NCBI GenBank assembly: GCA_001179505.1
Contig: CDMY01000530.1
Coordinates: forward strand, 1-57,067
Origin: Vitrella brassicaformis CCMP3155
Taxonomy: Eukaryota; Protista; Chromerida
DNA: 57,067 nt
Reading direction: 5' to 3'
The first letter of the stretch is position 1, and every line of letters starts with the position of its first letter. Below are positions 21,821 to 34,440 of this stretch, in pieces. A program made the position numbers and the translations under genes. The notes under the pieces were generated by a model. That model was not told the origin of the DNA, made no database searches, and saw only the letters and a list, made by a program, of their open reading frames with translations.

Positions 21821-23659
21821 ATGCGTCTGGCTCTTTCTCCGAGTACAGACACGCCCGTGTTGCATCACACAAGCCGCCCCACCCTCTTGACCATGACCAA
21901 CACCCACCCAATGGCCGCCCAGTACGTCACTTTCTCGCCCCCACTGAGGCCGCGACCATCGTCCCTGACCTCCGCAGTCATCGACAGCCAATGGTGCCCG
22001 GCAGCCATCCGCTCTCTCTTGCTGGGCTGGGGAGGGGGAGGGGGCGCTGTGACGTGCTACGCGGCCAATGCAGGGCTGGAGGGGGGCTTTGTGCTGAATA
22101 CTTGGGTTTATGACGTCTTCCACCGAGAGAGCAACATGGTGACAGAAAGAGAGAGAGACACACACACGGATGGATGGATGGATGTGTGATGTGCTGTGTT
22201 GTGTTGTGTGGATGCATGTCAGGTGTGGCGGACGTACTCTGAGGGCAGCGTGTCGCTCCTGCGGTCCCTCTACCTCTCCCTGGCCCATCTGCACATCCAC
22301 CTGACGAGCAAACCCAAGCCCCTCCCCCCACCGGCCCCCTACACCCCCAGTCGCCCAGCCACCCCCACAGCCACGCCCTTGCTGTGGGGCATCGGTCTCG
22401 CGGACGTCATCGACATGATCCAGGCGCTTATCGTGATCACGCGAGACGGCCTGTTGGACCTCTGGCGGGCTGTGTACATGCCCCCGACGCCCCCATCTGC
22501 GGTGGTGGGCATGGCGCTTATGGCTGAGGGAGAGAGAGATGGCCGACAAGGACAACAAGAGCAGCAGCCGAGGCCCGCTGCCGGTGGTGGTGGTGTGGAC
22601 CTGGACCCCTTCTTCAAATGCATCGCTCTCTCGGCGGCCCCAGTGAGCGGCAAGGAAGGGCCCGTCCCCCTCCCCTACCCCCACGCAGCCACACACATGA
22701 CCGACACCCATCCCCCCATGCATCTCCATCCCACATCCCTCTCTGCCCCATACAAGCGCCCCACTCAGTCGTCCGACGACCGCCAGAAGCATCGGGTCAC
22801 CCTGACGGCCAGCCGGACGACCACGAGCGCTTCGTCGTCTTACCTGAAGGATGTGGGCGCGAGTGACGACGGCTGTTCTGCTGGTGAGGGGATGGGCTGG
22901 CTGCGGTGGGCGCGACGCAGAGGGCGGCAGGGGGAGTGGAGGCGGGAGACGATGCACATGCAGGTACGTGTGTGTGGGTGGGGGGTGGGGGGGAGGGATG
23001 GATGTGTTGTGTCGTCTGTCGTCTGTCGGGTGGCAGGAGTCGATTGTGGGAACGATTCCCTTGGCCCTGATGCACCTCAGGGGTACGTTGGTTGCTCAGA
23101 TGTATACAAACAAAGTGTCACAAACACACACACAGACAGTGTGTGTGTGTGTGTGTGTGAAGGCATGACAGAGTGGGTGTGTCTGTCGTACGATATCGAC
23201 ACATGTGGCATGGCGCAGCAGCACTCATCCCTGCAGCAACTCGTCGTCGAGAACGTAAGCCACTCACTCCTGACCCCCCCACACAGACATTCCCACTGCA
23301 CACTGTCTGTTGTCCAACTGTCTGTCCCATTCATTTATCAGCTTCGTTTGCTCCGCGCCTGTCACTCCCTGCTGGCGCCCAGCCGCCTGGAGCACCTCGA
23401 CCGCACCACCACCGCACACTGCCGCACACTCCACACAGGTTAATACCTTAACCCCAATGCCCTCCCCTCCCTCCTCTATGTGTATGTGTGTGGGTGTCTG
23501 TGTGCAGAGCTGGAGCTGTGTCTGGGCCGTCTGCTGGCGACGTTTGCTCCCTGTGGGTCGGCGAGGGGCGACAGCGAGTGTTTCTCGTCGATCCCGTGGT
23601 ACCTCATGGACGACTTCGAAGAGGCACGGGCGAACCTGCAGGCATGTCGGCGGCAGTGA
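19974..23659 (+). CDS. Multi-pass membrane protein, probable NDC1-like transmembrane nucleoporin
   Basis: About 14 exons with several N-terminal hydrophobic segments. The soluble C-terminus has LWGIGLADVIDMIQALIVITRD, DIDTCGMAQQHSSLQQLVVENLRLLRA and LHTELELCLGRLLATF, resembling the NDC1 C-terminal motifs (W.I.AL..LV..S..ED.YGVVQ..L..IL..LL.L; L...L.RI...F). Confidence 0.5.
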
Positions 23660-24170
23660 CTGAGGGTGTGCAGTGTGGAGGCAGCCAGCCAGGCAGCCGG
23701 GCCAGGTATCTCTCTCTTCTCGGTATGCCTGTGGGTGGTTGGTGGCTAGGTGGGTGGTCCAATGGACAGATGAGCGCGTGTGCGTGTGCGTCTGTGCGTC
23801 TGTGTCCGTGTGTGTGTCTGTGTGTTTCTGTATTTGTCGGCAGCCATCTGACGGGTGATTAGCTCACATGCAGAGGTGTGTGTGTGTGTGTCTGTGTGTG
23901 TGGATTGAGTGACTTACTACTTGAAGAGCTCTTGCGTGTCCCCAGGCCACACACGGGGGAGGTCATCCACGCATGCAGCCAGCCAGACAGCCAGCCAGCC
24001 AGACTGGAGCTCACACTACTCTAATCCATCCATCCATCCATCAGCAGCTCGAGCTCGAGCAGCAGCTACACATGCATCCTCCATCCCATCTACACGTACC
24101 CGCCGCTACATATGGCCACTTGCTGCAGGCCGTGCTACCACCCCATGTGCGGCAGACATCTATCTATCTT

Positions 24171-24285
24171 TCAGCCGCCCGCCACGCTTTGGTTGCCCTC
24201 GTTTGCACGAGGCTTGTCGCGGTCGCTCTCCTCAGACGGACTGCGCCGCAGCAACGGCCGGATGGTCAAACACGCCAAACTGACA

Positions 24286-24323
<38 letters not shown>

Positions 24324-25118
24324 TAGAGAGAGAGGGGACAGACAAATGACACGTATTTGTGTGGGTGTGTATGTGCGTGGCTGTGGGTGTGGCGAACACT
24401 CACCGCCTGTTGGTGTCCTCCAGCTGCATGACGCGCTGCATGAGTTCATCCTTCTCCTGCTGGTGCTGCTGCTCCATCCGCGCCATCTCGCGACGCAGCA
24501 TGTCCACCAACGCACTTGACATACACACACACACAGAAACACACACACATACACACAGAGAGAGAGATGGGTACTTGCGTATGCGTGTGTCTGTCTGTGT
24601 GGGTAGGTAGCTGCGCACCTCTCACTGGCGGCGGCGTATGCGTCGTCGTGGAAGGAGGGCGGGGGCCGGCAGTAGGCCTCGCCGTAGTACTGGTCCTGGT
24701 ACGAGCCATACCCATACATGTCGCCCCCAAACATGGCCAACGGCCTGCAGCATGGGCATCACACAACACACCAACCAGTAAATGAACTCACAGAGAGAGG
24801 AAGACAGAGGAAGTGGTCACATCTCGTGCTCGTAGCCCGGAGGAGGCGGTGGTGGTGGTGGCGGTGGTGGCGGTGGCGGCATGGGCTGCTGCCCCATCAT
24901 GTGGATGGACGACACGCCAGAATCCGCACACGACAGCCCAATGCCACCCCTGCACGACACACGACACCAAGCCAAAAAAAGGCCATCCATCCATGCATCC
25001 ATCCATCCATCGCACTTACTGTCCAACGAGCGATGGTGCGGCCGACACGGGGCGCGTGCTGCCCCCACACTTGATGATGTCGTCGTATCCCGCCACTATG
25101 TCCATGTATCCCCCCTGC

Positions 25119-25153
<35 letters not shown>

Positions 25154-25938
25154 CTCGTCCGCATCATAGAAGGGGGGCGAGTCGTCCAGGTCCTTGGTGG
25201 TGGGATTTTTGCCGTTGTGGTTGGTGTGGTTGGTGGTGGTGGTGGTGGTGATGGCGCCCTTCTTGACCCAGCCTTGTGTGGCGTTGGTCATGAAGATGGG
25301 CGTGGTCTGCATCAGCTTGGAAGATGACGACACGTCCCGACCGCGCAACTCCTCAACGCCGTGCGCAAAGGCACACTGCAGTCACCGCACCAATGAAGGC
25401 ACACACACACACACACACACACAAAGATGCCATGGGGCGTTTTCCCATCCCTCCGCTGCTCTCTCTCTTTCTCTCTCTGTGTGGATGCTCTGGTGTGGTG
25501 TGGGTGAGGGCATAACACGTACCTTGACCCCGAATCTGCATTTGCCCTCCTGCCAGTTCTGGCACAGCTCCGTCTTGTACATGCTCCCGTACATCCTCGC
25601 CTTCCGCGCGCAACGCCTGCAGCCAGCCATTGACCACACACACACACACACACACACACAAGAAGATCTCTCGAGATCTGTCCTCTGGATGGATGGATGG
25701 ATGGATGGACGGACAGGTGCGATGGCATGGCCAGATGTTCTCGGCAGTAGCTGTTTTCACACACACAATACAACGTACGTGCTGCTGCTGCTCTCGGCTT
25801 TCTCTCTCCTCCTTCTTGAACCAGGTCCGTCAGCAAACATCGTTCATCAGCACCCGCTACGAACCTGTTGGTAGGATCCCAGATGTGACCGCGGGAACAG
25901 GCTATCCTGGCCAACGCGTGTGTGTTTACGTAGGCCAT
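24171..25938 (-). CDS. CCCH zinc-finger protein (TIS11/ZFP36-type finger) with low-complexity and coiled-coil tail
   Basis: Spliced MYKTELCQNWQEGKCRFGVK|CAFAHGVEEL. Later exons are T/G/Y-rich, and ALVDMLRREMARMEQQHQQEKDELMQRVMQLE is a likely coiled coil. Confidence 0.8.
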
Positions 25939-26101
25939 CCCTCTTTTCGAAGGTTATTGAGGTGTTTTTGCGCGAGATCTAAGCGCCTGAGCCCCTCCTA
26001 AGGCCATCTGCAGCTGACGGCAGCCACCCGACAGGCGCATCTCTGTCCACCCCTCCCTCTCTACCCGTGGGCACAAAGGCATCTGTGTTGTGTGTGTGGT
26101 G

Positions 26102-26861
26102 ATGTCGGGCAAAGGCAAGGGCGGCCGCGGCAAGACCGCCGAGAAGACCAAGAAGGTCAGCACGGCAGATGGAGGGATGGATGGATGAATGAATGAATGG
26201 ATGGATGGGTGGATGGATGGATGGGCACCATGGATCTGTTGTGATGTGTGGTGTGATGTGGTGTGGTGTGGTGTGTTGGCGCCCTTCCTTGGTTCGTTCG
26301 TTCTGCAGGTGAGCCAGTCGGTGCGTGCGGGTCTGCAGTTCCCCGTGGCGCGCATCGCCCGCAACCTCAAGAAGGGCCGCTACGCCAAGCGTGTGGCCAA
26401 AGGCGCACCCGTCTACCTCGCCGCCGTGCTCGAGTATCTGTGTGCTGAGGTCCTCGAATTGGCCGGCAACGCCGCCCGCGACCACAAGAAGGTCAGAGGG
26501 GGACAGAGAGGGTGGATGGATGGATGGATGGAGGGATGGAGGGGTGTGAGAGGTGTGTGTGTGTGTGTGTGTCAGAGTCGCATCACGCCCCGCCACCTGA
26601 TGTTGGCCATCAAGAACGACGAGGAGCTCGCCGAGTACATGAAGGGCGTGACCATCTCCATGGGCGGCGTACTGCCCAACATACACTCAGTCCTCCTGCC
26701 CAAGAAGTAAGCACACACACACCACACACAGGGAGATTCATGGGCTGAGGAGACGCACACAAATCGGGGGGTGCCTTCTGTTGTGGTGTGTTTATGTGTG
26801 TGTGTGCAGGTCTAAGGCCAAGGCTAGGAAGGATGCAGAGGCCGCCAACAACGAGGAGTGA
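26102..26861 (+). CDS. H2A: Histone H2A, intron-containing divergent variant
   Basis: Exons 26102-26155, 26309-26491, 26576-26706, 26810-26861 give [11 protein letters not shown]...[11 protein letters not shown]...[38 protein letters not shown]...[31 protein letters not shown]. Confidence 0.95.
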
Positions 26862-26952
26862 ACCGACACACACCACAACACACCACACCACATAATACGA
26901 CACAGTACGAAGACAACACATCACAACGGAACGAGCGGCCTCACCCATACGG

Positions 26953-26985
<33 letters not shown>

Positions 26986-27402
26986 TGGACACACATACAC
27001 GAGCCGGGGGCGGGTAGATCTGTATGTCGGCTGACGGGCTGGCTTTCTCTCTCTCTCTCTCTCTCTTGTCTTGCCTGCGGCCGTGCGGCCACACACACGC
27101 ATACACACAGAGGGGGCGTAGCGGCGATTTTGCTGACAGCCACCGACCCATACACACATACACACATACACACATACACGTGCTCACCTGTACATACCAT
27201 GCATGTGTGTGTGTGTGTGTGTGTGTGGCCGTCGTCCCTCTGGCTGACCTCCTCTCTCTTCCCGCGTCCGGCTGGCTGGCTGGCTGCCCTCTGTATCTCT
27301 CTCCCCCACATTTTTGGTGTTGATGGCCGGTTTTCCCACCCATCGTCCACACATGTCCACACACCTATGAATGCTTCTCTTCTCTCTCCTCCCCTTGAAA
27401 GC

Positions 27403-27433
<31 letters not shown>

Positions 27434-27949
27434 TCCCACATCTGTGCAGCCGACACACGCCATCTTGTTGGCCGGTAGCTCCGTCCTTTCCATGCCACCA
27501 TATTCATGTCTGCATGTTTCCATGGGATGTCTGCATGCATTGTGTCGGTGAGTGAGTGAGTGCATGAGTGTAATTAATCAATTGGTTGTGCAGATGGCTA
27601 TCGGGTGAAGTGCCTAGGTCAATTCCTGTGCTTGTCTGCGTGGATGGATGGATGGATGGACGAATCGCACCGTGACGGACAGCTCCATGTGCGCGTGCAT
27701 GTGTCAGTGTGACTCTTGTGTGTGCCTGCAGTGCATCTTGCATGTTCGTGCGCATGTATGTGTGAGTGTGATCTCGTTGCACGTATTCCAGCAGCCACAG
27801 TTCAATGCACTAATACGCACGCAGTTGGTCGACTGACTCCTTGCATACCACACACACACACACACGCATCCACAGACAGACAGAGAGAGAGGCAGACACA
27901 GACAAGTGATAGCCCCACCCACCCATAGACACAACACGCCCACGACTCA

Positions 27950-28500
27950 GGCACGCAGGCAGTTCCATCGGTCGCCCAGTGCCGCGTTCGGCAGTGTGGC
28001 CGCAGAGCCGAACGCTGTAGACACACGGGAGGAAACAGGGAGGTGAATGGATGGATGTCAGCTGCATTCGTCAGGCTGTCTGCTTCGACTTACGACCGTA
28101 GAGGAGGATGGCGGCCATCGTGATGACGCCATAAGTGGACAGCCATGTTGTGGTACGTCCCACAGACAAACAACACATTGAGGATTGCCAGCAGAGGGCC
28201 TCCCGCTGCAAACAAAGCACCAAACGATGGCAAAGATGGATGGCAACTCACTGCAAAGAGTGTCTTCGCAGCTCGCCTGCTTACCGATGCCGCACATGGC
28301 GACGATGCCGGCACATAAACTGACGTCAGGCATCAGGACAATCACACTCGCTCCCAAGGCCACCATCCATAAACCAGCAAGACTCCACGCACAAACACAA
28401 CAACCAACCATCGCCCCATTTGTTTGCAGCAGCATCTCCCAGTAGAAGCGACCCTTGCCAAACACATCCGGGAGATAAAATCTCAGCAGACAACAAATCA
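27950..28500 (-). pseudogene. Decayed multi-exon membrane-protein gene, unit A copy
   Basis: LWMVALGASVIVLMPDVSLCAGIVAMCGI|AGGPLLAILNVLFVCGTYH, then a ~14-nt deletion and frameshift relative to the unit C copy. Confidence 0.55.
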
Positions 28501-28687
28501 AACTGATCATGTGCCCACCTCCCTCAGTGCTCTACCATACAGAAAAACTACCGCATCCCCTCTATCTATGACAGAAATACTGAGCGAGCCAGAGGCGAAG
28601 TTGGTGAGTGCAAGCAACATTGGCTCGCCACGACTGCCACCTCCCTCACCACTCACTCTATTTATACCCTCAGACATGTCTGTCTGT

Positions 28688-29574
28688 CTATCGTGAGAAG
28701 AGACTGAAGATGATACCCCACGTTACGGCACGCCAGAAACGCTTGGCAGGTGAGTCCTCGTCCTCCGCAGCTGCAGCCACCAGGCAGGCAGGCAGGGAGG
28801 GAGGGAGGCAGGGAGGCAGGGAGGGAGGGAGACAAAGGGGACAGATCAGAACAGCACACAGAAATGCACGCATGAAAGTTACGAGTGCTGGTGTGTTTGT
28901 CATACGTCGTGGCGGTGGTGGGTAGATGATGAAGCGGACCGCCTTCTTGGGGGTCTCTCCCCGACCTGATCAGTGGACATCAGAAATACCAACACACCAA
29001 TCACACACAGTGATTTGTTAACTGACCTCTGACGACCTCCCGGACAGGCCATCTCGGATCAATGTTGCGCTTGAGGGACACCTCAGGGATTATTCTACCC
29101 TGACGCGCCCGCACGTGGCCTTTCACGCTCAACGGGCACCTCTCGTTTGCCACCTCCCCGAACTCGTCCATCGTCATGCCCTCCGTCAGAGGGACGTCGA
29201 ACACGCGGCCGCATTGTGTGCCATCTTGCTCGAAGGCTTGGGCAAACAGGCAGTCCTCTGCAGGGCTCCCCTGCTGATCTTTCTTCGGCTTGCTGCTGGG
29301 GAAGCCTGTGCGGAACTGCTGCATAGCTTGGGAGGTGGCCGGGAGGATGGATGGGTCTTTGAGTTGGGAGAGAGGAAGCTGCAGGCGGCTGGTCGAGGCG
29401 CGACGACGGAGGGAGGGCGGGCTCACCACGAATGACGGAACCTCCCCAGCCTGCATGGCACACACACATGGCACACACACATCACAGTGATGCTACGAAA
29501 TGTGTGCGTCTGATCACCTTGTTGCTGGCGCCCAGGGAAGGCACGAATAGCAGAATAGCCCACATCGACATCAT
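28688..29574 (-). CDS. Small protein with signal peptide + transit-peptide-like leader, possible beta-grasp domain and hydrophobic C-terminus
   Basis: Four phase-compatible exons: MMSMWAILLFVPSLGASNK|AGEVPSFVVSPPSLRRRASTSRLQLPLSQL...RVFDVPLTEGMTMDEFGEVANERC...GRII...|GRGETPKKAVRFIIYPPPPR|PAEDEDSPAKRFWRAVTWGIIFSLFSR*. Confidence 0.65.
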
Positions 29575-29638
29575 CAGGGAATGGTTTGTTGAACCCTGTA
29601 GCCCAGCACAAACCCTTGACCCGACGAGGGCGTGAAGG

Positions 29639-31986
29639 ATGGATGAGCTTTTGCGAGAGTGTGTGCGGCAAGATGTTCTATCTCGCTTGCGCAAGTCTTT
29701 TCCAACCACATTCAAGGTGAGGTTATGAACAGATCAGCTCGAGGCAGATCTTGGCACGGGAGCTCACGATGGGCTGACATTGCCTGTGTCCACAGACTCA
29801 CCTGGGCATCCCTCCCGTCAGCCCCGAATCGTTCAATGCACTCATTTTCGAGGTGCTTGCGCACTCATCGGTCACAGGGGGCAGTGACCGGAATGAAGAG
29901 CTGCTGCCGGGCTATGAGTTGACAGTGGCCGATGACAGCCCTTCACTCAGGAATGCCGTATGGCAGGTATGTGGGACAGCAGGAACTCACTCACATTGAA
30001 TGTCACGTCTGTCACGTCTGTCTGTTGCTCCATGGCGCATCCGGTGTTTTTCAGAGGTGTGCAGAGCGGGAACAAGTCCGTCGATGCATTCCTGGCGGCA
30101 GCCAACGGGTTCCTACAGGATGAGGGGCACATGAAGGAGCTGAGGACGATGATCGATCGTGCCCGACAAAGCGACGCCGCCAATCCGTTGGTAGGACGAC
30201 GGCAGGAGGCAGGAGGTCACACGCACACACACACACACGAACACACACATATGATGTTTTGGCAGCACGTCCATCTCGCCTTCGTCACCCAGCTGGCCGC
30301 CCGACTCACCCGCCTCACAAGAATCACCCTCCAGTACCCTGACGGCTTCATCTGCTGGTGTTTCGACGTCTTTGTGGCCATCATCGAGGGCCACATCGCC
30401 GGCCGACGGGCAGCCAACCTGGGCGGCGGGACGCTGCACACCATCACCATCAAAGAGGGGGTTCGGCTGACCGGCACGGCGAGACTTGCGAGGCTGCATT
30501 CACCCCTCCCCACTCGTCTCGACCCGCCCCCCACTCTTGACGCACTCACCACTGTTGCCGGCCTGTGGAGTGGTACTTACTGTGAGGTGCTGGCCAACCG
30601 ACGCTGGCTGATGCCCTCACTCGCCGTCGTGCGGCAGTGGGGATGGGAAGCCGATAGACTGGGCCGCTTCATCAGCTCGTCCCCCTCCCTGCGGTGCGTG
30701 GACGGCAGCTTTAGGGGTTAGGGGTGGGCAGGTGTGTTTGAGGGCATCCCTGCGGCAGGTGTTGGGCAGCAGGGGGGGCCACTCGCTCAGCTGGAGAGCA
30801 TCGGCACCATCGAGATCGATGACTGGGACCATCGGTCGCGGGAGGGCATCGAGCGGCTTGAGGTGAAGACAAAGGACGCACGTGTGCAGCAGGGCGTGGG
30901 GGTTGGCTCATGATGTCCTTCCTGTATCTGTGTCTTGTTGCCTTCAGGAAGTGCTCGTTGCGCGGGGCTGCCGACAGTCACTCAATCAGCTGCACGTGGA
31001 CCTTCATGGCGCCCACGTCGGCCGCCGCACCTTGCCCGTCTTGCTGGCCCTGGACCGGCTGGTCGGCGCGTGCTGCCGACAGGACGCCCCACTCACCACC
31101 GCCCCTCACTTTACCCCCTTCGACCTCTCTCTCTTCTACGGCAACGAGTTCCCCATCCGCCCGTCGCCCTCATTCAAGACCATGCTGCAGCAGCTGGCCC
31201 GGCAGGCCACATCGGTGGAGTACATCTTCATCCAGGACGGCCTCACCGACCCACACACCAACCCCAGCCCGTCGGCCATCGACATTGCGTCCAGCCTCTC
31301 ATTCGACGAGGCCAGGGTGGTGGAGGTCAAGAATGCCCGTGGCTTCGATCCCCCACTCGACACCCCCTCGCCCCACCCCACCATCATCACCCACCTCAAG
31401 CCGTTCCCGAGAGCCTCAGGACTGCATGTCTGGGACAAATTGGGTGGTGCAGCTGGCCAGCTGCTGGCCAGCAAGATGCCCAAGAAGGTGTGGCGGGTGG
31501 AGATTTACAGGGTGCCGGGTGCTGAGAAGGTGGGCGTGTTGGCCGCGCTGGGGAGGGACAGGGAGAGGGAGGTGGGTGCGGTAGACATGAGGGAGATCGG
31601 GGTCGACCAGCTAGCGGGGGCGGTCGGCAGATTGCCGACGATCAAGACGCTGGAGCTCATCACGACACGTACGTTGAGAAGAGAAGAAGCGTGTCCGTCC
31701 GTCCTCATTTCCGCTTTGTGTGTGTTTCCCCTCTTTAGTGCCCGATGATGCGGAGGATGCGGGCAGCCTCGTCCGCACCGGCCTCTCGTCGGTGATCCCG
31801 CACATCATGCAGTGGCTGAGTGTGAGGGTCCGCGACACCGCCAATGAGCAGCATGATTCCATCATGGCCTCCCTCCCTGACGGCACCAACATCGGTGCCT
31901 TGAGCATCACACGTGTCGGCCGTGCCGGGGGCGACACATGGGTGTCGATGACTGCACTTCCCACTGCCAGAAAGGTGAGGGAATGA
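29639..31986 (+). CDS. Lineage-specific repeat-family protein, copy A (different N-terminus)
   Basis: Exons from MDELLRECVRQDV join to ...ITLQYPDGFICWCFDVFVAIIEGHIAGRRAAN...EVLVARGCRQSL...PSPSFKTMLQQLA...GTNIG, paralogous to copies B and C. Confidence 0.75.
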
Positions 31987-33039
31987 CGCTCATTCACACA
32001 AAGGTCTGATTGTGTGCCCATGTTCGTGTCTCCTCTGCGTGTGTGTATGGCGGTGTCTGTCAGGCTGGCTGCCGTGTGTGGTGGATCATTCATAGCGGAC
32101 GGGCAGTGGGCCATTCTTAGCTGACGACATCCATGAGGTGCTGCCTAGCATAGCCTAGCTAAGTGTGTGTGTGTGTGTGTGTGACTGACTGGGTAGCTGT
32201 ACAGATTGACGGAATGGGGCTGGCTGATGCTGACGTGTGAATGACCGTTGGCAGAGAGAGGGATGACTCACTCACTCAGTCGTCTGCCGAACTGCCTGTC
32301 TGTCTGTCTCGCTCGTTTGTTCCTTTCTGTTGTCTGGGCTCTTCCTCTCCCTCCCTCACTCAGTTCCCCTCATTGGTTGGGATGAGAGGACGGACAGCAC
32401 AGAGGCGAGGCTCACACGGTGGGTGGGCCACTCGGCGAGCCCAAACACAGACAGACAGACAGCCAGACAGACAGCCAGACAGCCGGACAGACAGAGATAG
32501 TATGTGTAGGTATGCTGGATGCATTGGTGACTTGATACACTGTGTGCTGTGGTGTCAATGTCTGTATGTGTGTGGATGACGAAAGAAGCTCAAGTCGGCC
32601 ATTCGCCCACCACCCAAAGACACTATTGAGTCCACGAAAACAAGAAGCGCTCTAGAATACACTGCACCAACGCAGCACAAACACCGTTGCCTAGGTCAGT
32701 TCCCATGACATGATGGACGGCTTCACGTGTGGCTATGAGTGTGTGTGTTTCTGTGTGACTCGTTTTAAAGCGAACTTGGTAGCCACCGCTTGAACCACTT
32801 AAGTACTCACGCAAATGCACCCATGGCATGGTCATCGGACAGACACACGAAGTCAATGCATCCATCGCAAGTCAATGCATCCCGACATGCATCCTCCTCT
32901 ATTTGCCATTGCCGGTAAGAGGCATAGAAAGGCACACAGGCAGGCACACCCACCCTCCCTTTCTACGATTGAGCAGTGCACATGAAGGCATTCGCGACAC
33001 AACGCACCCAGCCAGCCAGGAGGCATCAATGCTCCTCGA

Positions 33040-34440
33040 TCGCATCCACTACGCGACTGAGGGAAGACGACTAAATGAGCAAAAACTGACTGATACGTTC
33101 GTATGCACAGCACACCGACTGACTGACTGACTGACGGCATAGATGCGTGTGTGCAGGAGATGGTGGCTCATGGCGACGATGCCGGCCCATTTGACCTCGC
33201 TCACTCCCCAAGGCCACCAGCCATAACACAGCCAACACAACAAACAAACATCGTTTCTCTGTCTGCTTGGAAGCTCTCCCATTGAGTAACAGCAGTGCCC
33301 AATAGAAGCTCACCTTGGCCGGCACATCAGGGAGATAAACACATCAGCCGACGCCACGGCATCCATCACCGGGTAGCTGCCAGGGAGCTGTGCAATGGCC
33401 TCCTTGTGTCACACCCATCGTCATGGACGCAGGAAGACAGGCTGGGGCTGGGATCCTGGTCGCCGGCAGCAACACACACTCGACGTGGCGGCGGTTGCTG
33501 GGAGGGACACACACAGCCGTCGACGGTGCTGCCTTCGTCCGTGTCGAACGCATGACTAATGACAGATCTCGATGGCATAGCTCTTGTTGGTGCTGATGGG
33601 CGAATGGCAATGTATTATGGCATCGATGCCGTCGAGGGCCGGGGAGGCTGACCGCGGGGCTACCGAGAGGGGCGAGAGGAGGACATGCTGAGGTCTCATC
33701 AGCTAACTGGCCGCAGAGCCGAACGCTGTATGGAAACTGATGAGAAACAGCGAGGTGGCCGGCTGGATGGATTATCGGTCTGCCTGGGTCGACTGACGAG
33801 CGTAGAGCGGGATGACGCCAACTGCACAGCCACGTTTCATACACAACAGCGTGTTTCGCTTTTTGCCTGCCTACCGATGACGATGCCGGCCCATAACTTG
33901 ACGTCAGGCATCAGAACAGTCACTCTCGCTCCTCCCAAGGCCACCATCCATAAACCAGCCAACACTGACGGACAAACACAGCGAACCAAACAAACATCGC
34001 TTCTCTGTCTGCTTGCAGGCTCTCTCTCTGAGTGACTCTAGCACACAGCAGTACCCAATAGAAGCGCGTCTTGGCCGGCACATCAGGGAGATAAACACAT
34101 CAGCCGAAGCTGCCTGCCCCACACGGACGCTGCGTGACGGCCTCCTTGTCACACCCATCGTCATGGACAGGAAGACGGCCTGGAGCTGGGTGGGCAAATG
34201 CTCGGAAGAACACACGAAGCCGTCGATGCCGCTGCTTGAATCCACACCGTTGCTACTGCGTGTGGCCAGGTCGAGCAGATGAATAATGATAGATCTCGAT
34301 GGCATAGCTGCTGTTGATCCTATTGGGCGAATGGCATCGATGCCATCGAGGGCCGGGGAGGCTGGCCTGGGCTGCCGAGAGGGGCGAGAGGAGGACATGC
34401 TGATGCAGATCTCGCCGAGAGATGAACCATAACCTCTCAG
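33040..34440 (-). pseudogene. Two tandem decayed copies of the membrane-protein gene block, unit B
   Basis: Shared blocks gccggcacatcagggagataaacacatcagccga, acacccatcgtcatggac and gatctcgatggcatagct recur at ~33320/34075, ~33410/34150 and ~33565/34270. No reading frame is conserved throughout. Confidence 0.55.

Noticed and set aside
21776-22957. 393-aa minus-strand ORF antisense to the NDC1-like gene (also the 54184..55215 plus-strand ORF)
   Set aside because: Shadow ORFs of GC-rich coding exons; they run through microsatellite introns and show no domain signal.
20114-27560. Many ORFs with CVCVCV, HTHTHT, WMDGWMD, ERERER or SLSLSL tracts
   Set aside because: These are translations of intronic microsatellites, not proteins.
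33040-34440. Recurring 30-40 bp blocks resembling CRISPR repeats or a transposon
   Set aside because: Spacing is hundreds of bp, intervening sequence is homologous between copies, and there are no TIRs, TSDs or transposase. Better explained as duplicated decayed gene copies.
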